Virus record (IMG/VR): IMGVR_UViG_3300025413_000005
Length of the DNA stretch: 37,336 bases
Direction: 5' to 3' (one strand)
Source: a virus
Part shown: piece after piece, positions 10,801 through 17,758 of the stretch
How the letters are laid out: each line of letters starts with the position of its first letter
Position numbering within the stretch: the first letter of the stretch is position 1
Made by a program: the position numbers and the translations under genes
The notes under the pieces: generated by a model
Database searches by the model: none
Seen by the model: only the letters and a program-made list of their open reading frames with translations
Told to the model about the DNA's origin: nothing

Positions 10801-11793
10801 AATGAACGGCAAGTCAAGATGATGTCGGCATACCAGGCAAACGAGTATGCGGGACACCAGAACCTTACCGTGATGGGCAGAAGCCCGACCTTTCAGCACC
10901 TTGCTTCGATCTTCCTGGGCGCTCCCGATTTCCTAGAAGCGCAGGCACGTTTCCAAGGTCACGCCCTGCTTGGGCTAACCGGCTCCAAGGCTAATCGTGA
11001 GTTTCTTCGTGCAGCGGCATTGCAGGCAATCACGATGTTTATCGGCGCTAGGATTCTGAACTACGCAATCAATCAGGAGCTAGGCCTAGACCATCCTTTT
11101 GAGATCCGTATCAGAGATCGGTATTATGGATTCCGTTCTAGGACGGGTGACACCTACAACCTTATTAAAGACATTGTCGAAAACGGGGTGCCGACCACGT
11201 TCCTTTCTGGGCGAATTTCTCCTTTGGTTGGGAAATTTATGTTGGAGGCAGCTTCTCACAAAAACTACCGAGGGGAACGAGTTGGAATCGGCGGATTGAT
11301 TGCCGACACCCTTGCAGGAATCGTCCCAATTTCCACGCAACCCTTGATTCGCCAATGGACGACCACGGGTAAAAACAACCCTATTTCTGCTTTTGAGCAG
11401 TTGGTGGCAAACGTGCTTGGTTTCCAAATCCATCGGTATAGCCCGATTACCAACACCTACCCCATTGCACGGGCGTGGATGAAGGCCAACTACCCCGATA
11501 AGGTCAACGAGGACATTCACCCGACCGGCAAATTTACGCACCTCAAATACGCCCTTGAGGATGGCGACACTCAAAAATCGCAAGATGAAATCCAAAACCT
11601 TTTAAAGTCGGGCATGACCCTTCAACAAATCTCCACCAAGTTTAAGGCGAGTCTCAACCACCCGTTCACGGATTCAAAAGAGCATGAAGAGGAGTTTGTA
11701 AAATCATTGGAAGGGGAACACCTCAAAACTTACCAAGCAGCCATGGAAAGAAAAAAACTGATCCTAGAGCGGTTCCAGAACCTCCCTAGATAG
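4843..11793 (+). CDS. Giant (2316 aa) polyvalent internal virion/ejection protein: membrane-insertion segments, HExxH zincin domain, E/R/K helix, RadC-like JAB domain plus degenerate second JAB, large C-terminal region
   Basis: Uninterrupted 6951-nt ORF in the gp16 position. HELWHH at 7162-7179. MLMHNHPSGDPTPSETD (HNHPSG 8698-8715) is the RadC/JAB metal site. Hydrophobic G/A-rich segments at about 5950-6460. Confidence 0.9.
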   Translation: MPDPVMPDLPMVENQSPTINLGPDQFHFDPVEAANQSAGMAPQPIHNPDFASHPERDTVRAVLNDRANLGGKLPQAVTDSKTDDNPQDFRDMAANIKAMSFYSGKDTAEISPNYEQEKQNFVKAQGWDMPNSEGAFNGQLRDFFNTQDARQQAIEDLHSRAILDAGKGISSDEALQTSWQEWNTQHASALAGVPEAEAFSAWKKGYWNNLQQLQGEHHDLAQQIVDLYGNFPKGEQEAQGVKQLAAITAESAKAPLGLAGDQPALKAQQTEDQQKEELITKLQSLPPEERQKVYHRAAALEKAKNPDNFGMATSLYSMGQAAGRSMDWLSPSAPDVSTPRGRVALELQHAARDIVNPLPYSDVNALDATKKGLPIIGTQVGQGLAGAVPTIGAFALTGEYGGLAYMLAQTSLENRDRLLINNPSMTPKEALSFGYLMAVPVVALQSITFMGLKGAFPSLEKALADWGAGKMFFANTAVGGAAFSASEIASNLADSAIHALNAEWNPDASVKKGLKETLLNAPQDFAMAAAFALLHIGHKPDTEAGKKQADQAMADVQKPDAPKMVTTADGAKVIIAHDEKGQPKEVFKTKDPEVAASALEIVHDEQRRNTDTPTPKSKWTGVTDDANDVANDAANFNLSKDDQSQTSNGEKGDLTNSATDGKSKNAEAETSGTLANTADASEAGLPIRTLNSSLASENKSTRVTAATPDQLSKLSLDPKFQLADQLAGIFKKRIIVYSGDENDPNGITSQATGLDQYIFLKLDGARPHLFTLGHELWHHLEADYKELAKSLRKELAPLIKNWAQMNGKYQSYGYKPHRFFDEHVADFLGDSFQDPDFLNNLRNRNPEAFADFTTRALEWLNGVLEKLKGWVMGGTDHMRDIQSARDMLAEGLDKYLNQDDSPIVGRDSPQWWKAEPRATGERQTFTDDPIIAYLNENRIRSKSEQDKRNKSQGIEGAGEYDGVPKLPPAHSSKIYGGSQSVDQAHQALIEEGYMPEDSTVDDLWNHIAKASESAIKQTKAEKAETVRQREEAKFDKELADLREKDPVEYRKRLAEMEPEEQKRTERTQLRERMRRMDREDRNYFQNAREEDKRENEETFSLKNPDVQAYLDLAHVPEEKKEQAGEAFSQVANASTAPYPRSEVSASGGVDRDELRQVREEQAAAYRGLLKGDAEAVKNAIENGVPLSKLIAAYAKGEVTPFSIQGAIINSPADLAAHNLAHRTPFFESLKVAVLDNSNQVIHSELISIGSLNESIAHPREIMRAVERGKQVGSDLGRKIKGWMLMHNHPSGDPTPSETDRRLTRRLDEVAGMMESPLLDHVITNGETYFSFNQAGINGRGVSGDSKLKPKLQTIPKPEDLKEGTMADWEAIPAGEAPRIERAAMVQAIRATLQTADPGMIHVLNLNTRHGLISVDRHPLDVSPGEILKQSSKHGTYAIALSFPDTSPEGVPMDTQGAMAAWRPFVRKMTEAGTLYQLPLVDAVTKEFSWRESGLLEEPGKYGSDNSVNEEKTYFQAARPEDDHVSPLEKLKQQAKATSDYLLKLPQDTAFSRAVLDLSKKRQISTQQIQKAIKDIAEVAKTPVEREALFNYIEANGDRAKLQRQADATADPKLKAGYEEAVKASPEMVEVAKEISNAYASILARLRKEGYDVGERSNYAGTHQYKKEPGDKAPVAIKRLTDNFKYAERREFNTAFDAEQAGFNVRTKDAAELLGSYLSHANDILINRQFVKSLFGSGAKATDERALVSPRGGFGQKPSPDSKGIYIDPERAQVGTADYVPLDQPALKGYHFIDQKQNIAVKGDFAVHPEIARHINNIFGESKLKQAYNDPHLNPALKPLVKILQGADLAGQYAKATLYSGLSFFHQAHEGFNVIFHGVNPIEYKSAPDIEHDPLARDAAEHGVQLAPDRMTQDQFKQEIGEQSKSLLTMGLRAAKLKPTDAVADWIDGYTHYLFENYIPNMKLKAYQMALERNMKLFEKELASGKVNERQVKMMSAYQANEYAGHQNLTVMGRSPTFQHLASIFLGAPDFLEAQARFQGHALLGLTGSKANREFLRAAALQAITMFIGARILNYAINQELGLDHPFEIRIRDRYYGFRSRTGDTYNLIKDIVENGVPTTFLSGRISPLVGKFMLEAASHKNYRGERVGIGGLIADTLAGIVPISTQPLIRQWTTTGKNNPISAFEQLVANVLGFQIHRYSPITNTYPIARAWMKANYPDKVNEDIHPTGKFTHLKYALEDGDTQKSQDEIQNLLKSGMTLQQISTKFKASLNHPFTDSKEHEEEFVKSLEGEHLKTYQAAMERKKLILERFQNLPR

Positions 11794-11819
11794 ACCCCCC
11801 ATTTTCTCCAAGAAACCCC

Positions 11820-11848
11820 TTGCCATTCTAGGGTTCCACCTCTAAAAA
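11820..11848 (+). promoter_or_regulatory. Candidate sigma70-type promoter ahead of the tail fibre gene (TTGCCA-17 nt-TAAAAA)
   Basis: TTGCCA 11820-11825, 17-nt spacer, TAAAAA 11843-11848, in the 72-nt gap after the giant gene. Host promoter rules are unknown. Confidence 0.3.
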
Positions 11849-11850
11849 CT

Positions 11851-11871
11851 GGACATCTCCTAAAGATGTCC
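11851..11871 (+). promoter_or_regulatory. Hairpin sequestering the tail fibre start codon
   Basis: ggacatct (11851-11858) / cctaa loop / agatgtcc (11864-11871): a perfect 8-bp stem. The ATG 11866-11868 lies in the 3-prime arm. Confidence 0.35.
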
Positions 11872-14397
11872 GTTTCAAACCTTCAATCCTCAACAGGGGC
11901 GCTGGTCGGGAATAACTCGACCACGACGGGGTACGTCGTCCCGTTTGCTTTTCAGCTTCCTTCAGACTTGGTAGTCGTTCGAAGGGATTCCAGCGGCAAT
12001 GTTTATTTTTTGGGTATCGGCACGGATTACACCGTGACTCAGAACTCCAATCTTTCCGGCGGTACCGTTTACACAATCGCGCCATGGGATTCGACCAATA
12101 CCCTGGTCATTACACGAGTTGTTCCCCTCACCCAGCTACTAAACCTCATTCCCGGCGCAAAAGAACCGGCAGCGGCCATTACACAGGCTTTTGACAAGCT
12201 GACCTATATCGCTCAGCAGCTTTCCCGTAACTCCGTTCCCGACACCATCACGGCTTTAGGCGTGGGGCCTTATGTCTTGGGACTCTCTGCTGCTGGTGGC
12301 ACCCCGACCTGGACGAGTCAGTCTTCTGCTTCTATTGCTGACGGGTCTATTACCCCTGCCAAGCTATCTGCTGGCAAGCCTACTTGGAATACTAGCGGCA
12401 ACCTGACCGCGACATCTTTTATCGGCCCCGTAACAGGGAATGTGACAGGTAACCTCACCGGCAATGTCACAGGCAATGTCACAGGCAATGTCACAGGCAA
12501 TGTCACAGGCACGGCATCCAATATTGCCGACGGGGCGGTTTCTTCATCTGCAAAACTTGCAGCCGGATCGGTATCAACGGACAAAATAATCGATCAGGCT
12601 GTTTCCACTGGAAAATTAGCCGATCAGGCTGTTTCCACTGGAAAATTAGCCGATCAGGCTGTCACTGGCCAAAAAATAGCCGATGGGACAATTTCCATCA
12701 CAAAGCTTGACAATGACGCCAACGAGCGCCTTTTTGAGTCCACTCCGTCGGGAGTAGCTTGCGACGGAAGGATTCAAGGGATTGCGATCGTCATACCTGG
12801 AGCGCTTTATACATCGCCGCCCGTGGTTACAATTTCGGCGCCTCCATCTGGAGGCATTCAGGCCACGGCATCTGCGACTTTAGGAACAGGAAGTAAAGCC
12901 GGGCAAGTAATCTCGATTTCCGTCACCAATAAGGGCAAAGGATACAAAACAGATCCAACGGTAACTTTTTCTTCACCTCCGACAGGAGGGACGATTGCTA
13001 AAGCGATTGCCTACGCCGACACCTCTGGAATCGAACAGGGCTCCAGTAATGCAGGAGGAAGCCAGGAGTGCATTTCCTTCATTATGAAGGACGGTCAGAT
13101 TATGAGCGTCGGGGCAAACAACGGCTATGGATACGTTGGAGCTCTCGGGGACATTGACTATACCGTACTACCCCAGCCCGCCTCGACGGGGGGATTATCA
13201 GCTAAATTTGTACGCCTCTGGAAGGCGTGGCATAACATGTATGCCCTGGACACCGCCGGGCAACTTTGGGCGTGTGGAATTGGAGGCGTGGGGGCCCTAG
13301 GTGCAAACAATTCCTCAAGTGATTGGCGGCAATTAAATCAAACTTCTGTTCCCGCTCCGGTTGCCAAGTTTGCAACAAGCTACGGAAGGGATAACAACGC
13401 ATGCCTAGCGCTGCTTGGAGATGGCCGCCTTTACGGTTGGGGCTACAATGCGCAAGGAGCGCTTGGAGACAATACGCTAACAAACGTCATCAACCCCAAA
13501 ATCATTTCTTCACCGATTTCAGGAATTTGGACCGCCGAAAGCAACATTGTTAATTTTGCTTTGATTGGAGCAGATGGAAGTATATCCACGTTTCTGCTTC
13601 GCTCTGATGGAACTGTGCGGAGCGCTGGCCGCAACGATTACGGCCAGCTTGGCCACGGAACGGCTAACCCCTACGAATACAATGGGTTTTCTTATGTCCT
13701 AACGGCAGCTAATACGCTGTTAAGTTCGGTTAAAAAGATCGTAGGGTGCGGAGCAAGCACTTATGGAACTACGCTATTTTTGCGAACCGATGGCACTATT
13801 TACGCCTGCGGTAGAGGTTCGAATGGCCAACTTGGCAATGGAACAACGCCAGCCAATCAAAATTTTGCTCAACCTTGCTCAATTACAGGCGCGGCAAACA
13901 TTTGGGCAACTGGCGGCCCGGGCGGATCTACTGGTCATATCCATGTCCTAAAAAGCGATGGATCACTTTGGGCTTGGGGCCACAACAATGCTGGTCAACT
14001 AGGGACGGGAGCGGCAACTCCGGTCAATGTTAGCGCTCCTGTGCAAGTATGGCCCGCGGCCAATGGCATCGTTGTCGATGTGGCCCAGCATGGCGGAGCT
14101 GATACAGGCGGAACCATGATCCTCCTTGCGGATGGAAGAATGTTTTACACCGGAAATGGAGCTTATGGATGCCGTGGCGACGGAGGAACGGGAACCACGA
14201 ACGGACAATGGACTCAAGTTCAGCTTAACCGCCGCGACATCGTGGACATCAATTTTGGATCCAATCAAGACGCGCCCGTAATGACCATCCTCACTTCCAC
14301 CGGCGAAGTCTATGCGTGCGGAATCAATTTGCGCGGCACCCTTGGAAATGGCCGCACATACACTCTAAGAAGCATGCCAGGCAGAGTCGTTTTCTAA
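11866..14397 (+). CDS. Tail fibre: T7 gp17-like N-terminal tail-attachment domain, tandem-repeat shaft, C-terminal RCC1-type beta-propeller
   Basis: The N-terminus YVVPFAFQLPSDLVVVRRD...GTDYTVT...VITRVVPLTQ matches the gp17 N-terminal pattern (FNIPFEYL..VVV..DY..L.R.T; T7 sequence recalled from memory). The C-terminus has repeated GxNxxGQLG/GALG motifs (RNDYGQLGHG, GSNGQLGNG, HNNAGQLGTG, YNAQGALGDN, INLRGTLGNG). Confidence 0.85.
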   Translation: MSVSNLQSSTGALVGNNSTTTGYVVPFAFQLPSDLVVVRRDSSGNVYFLGIGTDYTVTQNSNLSGGTVYTIAPWDSTNTLVITRVVPLTQLLNLIPGAKEPAAAITQAFDKLTYIAQQLSRNSVPDTITALGVGPYVLGLSAAGGTPTWTSQSSASIADGSITPAKLSAGKPTWNTSGNLTATSFIGPVTGNVTGNLTGNVTGNVTGNVTGNVTGTASNIADGAVSSSAKLAAGSVSTDKIIDQAVSTGKLADQAVSTGKLADQAVTGQKIADGTISITKLDNDANERLFESTPSGVACDGRIQGIAIVIPGALYTSPPVVTISAPPSGGIQATASATLGTGSKAGQVISISVTNKGKGYKTDPTVTFSSPPTGGTIAKAIAYADTSGIEQGSSNAGGSQECISFIMKDGQIMSVGANNGYGYVGALGDIDYTVLPQPASTGGLSAKFVRLWKAWHNMYALDTAGQLWACGIGGVGALGANNSSSDWRQLNQTSVPAPVAKFATSYGRDNNACLALLGDGRLYGWGYNAQGALGDNTLTNVINPKIISSPISGIWTAESNIVNFALIGADGSISTFLLRSDGTVRSAGRNDYGQLGHGTANPYEYNGFSYVLTAANTLLSSVKKIVGCGASTYGTTLFLRTDGTIYACGRGSNGQLGNGTTPANQNFAQPCSITGAANIWATGGPGGSTGHIHVLKSDGSLWAWGHNNAGQLGTGAATPVNVSAPVQVWPAANGIVVDVAQHGGADTGGTMILLADGRMFYTGNGAYGCRGDGGTGTTNGQWTQVQLNRRDIVDINFGSNQDAPVMTILTSTGEVYACGINLRGTLGNGRTYTLRSMPGRVVF
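12436..12507 (+). repeat. 12-nt in-frame tandem repeat, 6 units (GNVT/GNLT)
   Basis: gggaatgtgaca ggtaacctcacc, then ggcaatgtcaca x4 exact (12460-12507). Confidence 0.95.
12591..12680 (+). repeat. 30-nt in-frame tandem repeat, 2 exact units plus 1 diverged (DQAVSTGKLA)
   Basis: cgatcaggctgtttccactggaaaattagc at 12591-12620 and 12621-12650 (identical); diverged copy at 12651-12680. Confidence 0.95.
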
Positions 14398-14417
14398 ACC
14401 CACAACCAACCATCACC

Positions 14418-14612
14418 ATGAGCATCACGCCCCAAGGAATCGATACATCATCCCCCGCAATCAAGAAATGGTTTGATGCCGGGTGTCCGATTGACGGACC
14501 TCTTTCGGCCTCAACGCTAGTTGACCCAGTTTCTGTTCAATCTGAAGAAACGACCGATTCCGTTTCTGACGAAGAGGCCTCCGAGTCATCCGCTCAAGAA
14601 TCGGCCGAGTAA
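14418..14612 (+). CDS. Small protein with acidic Ser/Glu-rich tail (possible fibre assembly factor)
   Basis: ATG 14418 is the first ATG after the fibre stop; the track's 14316 start overlaps the fibre gene. MSITPQGIDTSSPAIKKWFDAG...SDEEASESSAQESAE. Function unknown. Confidence 0.45.
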   Translation: MSITPQGIDTSSPAIKKWFDAGCPIDGPLSASTLVDPVSVQSEETTDSVSDEEASESSAQESAE

Positions 14613-14629
14613 ACAACCACCACCCAACC

Positions 14630-14875
14630 ATGCTATACCCAAAGAACCCATTTGATTCCGGCGCCAATGGCGGTGTTCTAATCAATACCACCACAACCTA
14701 TAATGGCTATTTCTACGCCATCCAGGTCATCAGTGCCGCGGTTTTCGCCAATATCGCCGGAAACCTTTCAGGTGACCCTTACGCACAACAAACATTCCTT
14801 CCTGGAACTGTTCTGTATGGGAGCTTCACCTCCGTGCAGTTAGCTAGCGGAAGCGTCATCGCCTACAAGTCGTAA
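14630..14875 (+). CDS. Small beta-rich hypothetical protein between the two tail protein genes
   Basis: 81-aa ORF fitting exactly between neighbours. ...GTVLYGSFTSVQLASGSVIAYKS. No recognisable catalytic motif. Confidence 0.5.
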   Translation: MLYPKNPFDSGANGGVLINTTTTYNGYFYAIQVISAAVFANIAGNLSGDPYAQQTFLPGTVLYGSFTSVQLASGSVIAYKS

Positions 14876-14876
14876 C

Positions 14877-16565
14877 ATGACCCGCCTAGGCTTTGGGATG
14901 TCGATCAATTCGGTTGGGGCTGGTTCTTCCACAACGCCAGCTCCGATCAATTTCTCACTTTCTCAAAGCCTGGTTTACTCGGTCGGAAAAACACTGACAC
15001 TTGCTGCAACTTCAGGCGCTCCTGGAACGATTACTTACGTTAGCGACAACCCTTCTGTCATCAGCGTTTCTGGAAATACCGCCACGGTTCTTTCTGTCGG
15101 CACGGCAAGGATTACCGCAAGCATCCGTGAATCGCAGTTTTACTACGCCAACACAAAGACGCTTGCGGTTTTAGTCACGCCGATTGTTTCAACGCTGACA
15201 TTCACTCCGCCGACATCAAGCTCTTACGGCTCTGCGGACATTCCGCTTTCTGTCATCACCAATTCCCCCAACGCGGTTTCCTACACTAGCGATAACCCAT
15301 ACGTTGTATCGATCGTCGGCAATGCAATCCGGATTGTTGGGGTCGGCTCGGCAAACATCACGGCGTCGATTCCGGCCGGAAACAACTACTCCGCAGTTTC
15401 GGTGACTCAAAACCTTGCCGTATCCAAAGGCACGCCAACCCTTTCAATCAGCATTCCAAGCCAGATTGATACCAACTCGGCCCCGATCACGCTTAATGCG
15501 ACGACAAATTCTCCTGGAGCGGTTAGCTACTCGAGCTCCAATGCCTCTGTTATCAGCATCAGTGGAAACGTGGCCACAATCATGGCCGATGGTTCGGCCA
15601 CCATCACCGTTACCGTTCCAGAAACGGCAACTTACTACGGAATCGTTAGAAACTTTGGAGTGACGATTGCCCCGTCTTCGGCCGCCTCCTGGACTCCTTA
15701 CGGGACGTATTCAGTCGATCAGTATGTTTGGTTTTCGGGCAACATCTACCAGTGCAAAACGGCAAACACCGGGGTTGTCACTACCAATGGAGCTGTCTGG
15801 CAGCTCATTAAAACCGGATCTGTCGTTTTTGATAACGATGCCAACGCCTATTTTACGGCTGTCGGAGCGGTGTCTTCGATCTCGGCCAACAACCAGAATG
15901 CCATCAATAGCTTTGTTGCCTCTCTCAAGGCGGCCGGGGTATGGGGCTCCATCAAGCAATCTAATTTACTGGTTGGTCCGACATCCCTGGCCGGAGCTTT
16001 GGTTCCGATTGCTGGCAATGCGCCAATCAACTACCTGAATAGATTTGTTGATAGCGACTATAATTATTGCATAGGACTAAAGGGCGATGGGTCTACCAAG
16101 TACCTTAATACCGGAAGGGCCAATAATGCCGACGCCAACCAATCAAGCAGGCATATCTATGTTTGCACTACGCAGAATGCGGTAGTGTCTGGCAGCGGAA
16201 TTTACCTATTAGGTTCGGGTTCTATTTCTGGTGAGGCGCGAATCTATCAAACTTCTACTACCTCTGGATCCATATCAATGGGATTGGTATCCAGCACTCA
16301 AGCAATTCCCACGACTTTCCAAACAATCAATGGATTCGGCATGAATCGAAACTCAAGCACCACGGTAATTCCTTTTGTAAATGGCAATTTAGCAATGGTG
16401 ACAAACAATGTATTAACTCCATCTGTTACCAATATTGGCATCTTTGCCACGGGTAGTGGAGTTGGTAAGTCAGATGCCAGAATCGCTTTCTATTCTATCG
16501 GCGATTCCGCTGACGTTTCCATCATCGACGCCTGCGTTAAAACCCTCCTATCCGCCTTGGTATGA
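14877..16565 (+). CDS. Second tail fibre/spike-like protein: repeated Big_2-like Ig domains, CBM5/12-like aromatic module, distal domain
   Basis: Four repeats of the pattern (I/V)xYxSxNxxVxS(I/V)xGNxxxxxxxGxAxITASxP. Then WTPYGTYSVDQYVWFSGNIYQCKTANTG...AVWQLI, a chitin/carbohydrate-binding-like W/Y pattern. Confidence 0.75.
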   Translation: MTRLGFGMSINSVGAGSSTTPAPINFSLSQSLVYSVGKTLTLAATSGAPGTITYVSDNPSVISVSGNTATVLSVGTARITASIRESQFYYANTKTLAVLVTPIVSTLTFTPPTSSSYGSADIPLSVITNSPNAVSYTSDNPYVVSIVGNAIRIVGVGSANITASIPAGNNYSAVSVTQNLAVSKGTPTLSISIPSQIDTNSAPITLNATTNSPGAVSYSSSNASVISISGNVATIMADGSATITVTVPETATYYGIVRNFGVTIAPSSAASWTPYGTYSVDQYVWFSGNIYQCKTANTGVVTTNGAVWQLIKTGSVVFDNDANAYFTAVGAVSSISANNQNAINSFVASLKAAGVWGSIKQSNLLVGPTSLAGALVPIAGNAPINYLNRFVDSDYNYCIGLKGDGSTKYLNTGRANNADANQSSRHIYVCTTQNAVVSGSGIYLLGSGSISGEARIYQTSTTSGSISMGLVSSTQAIPTTFQTINGFGMNRNSSTTVIPFVNGNLAMVTNNVLTPSVTNIGIFATGSGVGKSDARIAFYSIGDSADVSIIDACVKTLLSALV

Positions 16566-16783
16566 GCCACCTTCCCCAACAACCCCCCCTTGCCATCGAA
16601 TTAGCCGCCACATCAGGAACCGCCGCCATCTCGGTTGCAGCTACTCATGCGGGATTTGTGGCAACGCACGCGTGGGCTCAAGACCTATTTAGCTTTCTTG
16701 GGGCAGGTGCCGCTATCTTTTCACTATTTGCTTCGGTTCTGGCAATCACCGCCCGCATTCTTACTAGAAACGACAAAAAATGA
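16562..16783 (+). CDS. Holin candidate (small membrane protein with charged C-terminus)
   Basis: 73 aa with ATGA overlap to the upstream gene. Hydrophobic LFSFLGAGAAIFSLFASVLAITARIL followed by TRNDKK. First gene of the block that ends with the endolysin. Confidence 0.5.
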   Translation: MSHLPQQPPLAIELAATSGTAAISVAATHAGFVATHAWAQDLFSFLGAGAAIFSLFASVLAITARILTRNDKK

Positions 16784-17007
16784 CACCGGGAAGCAAAAAC
16801 GTTCTTGCTGAAATCATCATGGCCGCGCTGATCACTATTCTGATCCTGTTGATTGCTGGAAGCCTTGTGGGATGCGCCACGGCCCCCAAGCCTACTCCCG
16901 CCGTCTCCACGGAAGTTCTTTCAAGTCATCTTGACCACATCAACGCCGGGCTCTCTCGAGTAGATGGTAAAAGCGTGGTGATTGAGTCCTGGTTAAAATC
17001 TCACTAA
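16780..17007 (+). CDS. Small lipoprotein (o-spanin-like)
   Basis: 75 aa with ATGA overlap. Signal-like ALITILILLIAGSLVGC with lipobox LVGC. Short mature part beginning ATAPKPTP. Confidence 0.6.
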   Translation: MTPGSKNVLAEIIMAALITILILLIAGSLVGCATAPKPTPAVSTEVLSSHLDHINAGLSRVDGKSVVIESWLKSH

Positions 17008-17009
17008 CC

Positions 17010-17468
17010 ATGAAAACCATTATCCTATTGATTTGCCTGATCGTCGCGGGATGTGTTTTCCCTTATGAATCCGCTCATGGGGCGGAAATTTCCAAAGCCG
17101 ACATCATTGCCACAGTAGAACATCTCCGATCTCTGACGCATGAGGCCCAAGCGGAAACAGCCGCCGCCAAGGCCGAGACGGCAACGATTCAACAGGCGGC
17201 TGACAAGCTTAAACAAGAACGGGACGATTGGAAAAATGATGATGCAAAAGCGTGGGCCTACGGAAAGGGAAAAGCCAAGGAGGCCCATGACAACGCCAAA
17301 CAGCGGGATGTCGTGATCTGGGCTTTTGCTTTAGCTTTTGCCGGGCTGATCTTGCGCGCTTTTCCGTTGCCTGGCTGGTACATCGTCGCAGAAGGGGCGC
17401 TCTCGCTTGCCTGCGGGTACGCCATGGGCCGATTTGCCCTAGCTTGGCTCGCCTCCCTGATGCCGTGA
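17010..17468 (+). CDS. Lipoprotein with central coiled coil and C-terminal membrane segments (unimolecular-spanin-like)
   Basis: MKTIILLICLIVAGC (lipobox VAGC). Ala/Glu/Lys-rich helix (EAQAETAAAKAETATIQQAADKLKQERDDWK). C-terminal hydrophobic VVIWAFALAFAGLIL...ALSLACGYAMGRFALAWLASL. Confidence 0.6.
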   Translation: MKTIILLICLIVAGCVFPYESAHGAEISKADIIATVEHLRSLTHEAQAETAAAKAETATIQQAADKLKQERDDWKNDDAKAWAYGKGKAKEAHDNAKQRDVVIWAFALAFAGLILRAFPLPGWYIVAEGALSLACGYAMGRFALAWLASLMP

Positions 17469-17758
17469 GCCGCCTGTTTTCATACCTTCGTAGCATTCAC
17501 CAGGAGGGGACTCCTGATTCCTGGGCGCGTTGGGCTGGCACCTTTTTTCTTTTTATCATTGCCGGGGTTGTCGCTGCCGCTCTCTTCGGTCACGCGATCA
17601 ACGAAACCGTGCGCGGGCTACTGGCCGATACTGGCTATGCCGTGCTTGGCGGATCCGCCCTGAGAAAAGGCATGGAGGTTGCCGGTCAAGTGTCCGCCAA
17701 GTGGGCGCCCCCCGCCACAACGACACTTCCTGTCGCCACTGATACCCGAGATCCATGA
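17465..17758 (+). CDS. Single-pass membrane protein of the lysis cassette (holin/antiholin candidate)
   Basis: GTG 17465 gives a GTGA overlap with the upstream stop; the track uses TTG 17444. TM segment WAGTFFLFIIAGVVAAALFG. ATGA overlap with the endolysin gene. Confidence 0.5.
   Translation: MSRLFSYLRSIHQEGTPDSWARWAGTFFLFIIAGVVAAALFGHAINETVRGLLADTGYAVLGGSALRKGMEVAGQVSAKWAPPATTTLPVATDTRDP

Noticed and set aside
12436-12507. GNVT/GNLT repeats as N-x-T glycosylation sequons.
   Set aside because: No glycosyltransferase gene in the genome and no evidence that the host has an N-glycosylation system. A structural repeat explanation is simpler.
11866-16565. Diversity-generating retroelement acting on the tail fibre genes (as in some temperate podoviruses).
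   Set aside because: No reverse transcriptase ORF (no YxDD-type motif seen in any frame-track protein). I also could not find a template/variable repeat pair differing at adenines near the fibre gene 3-prime ends.
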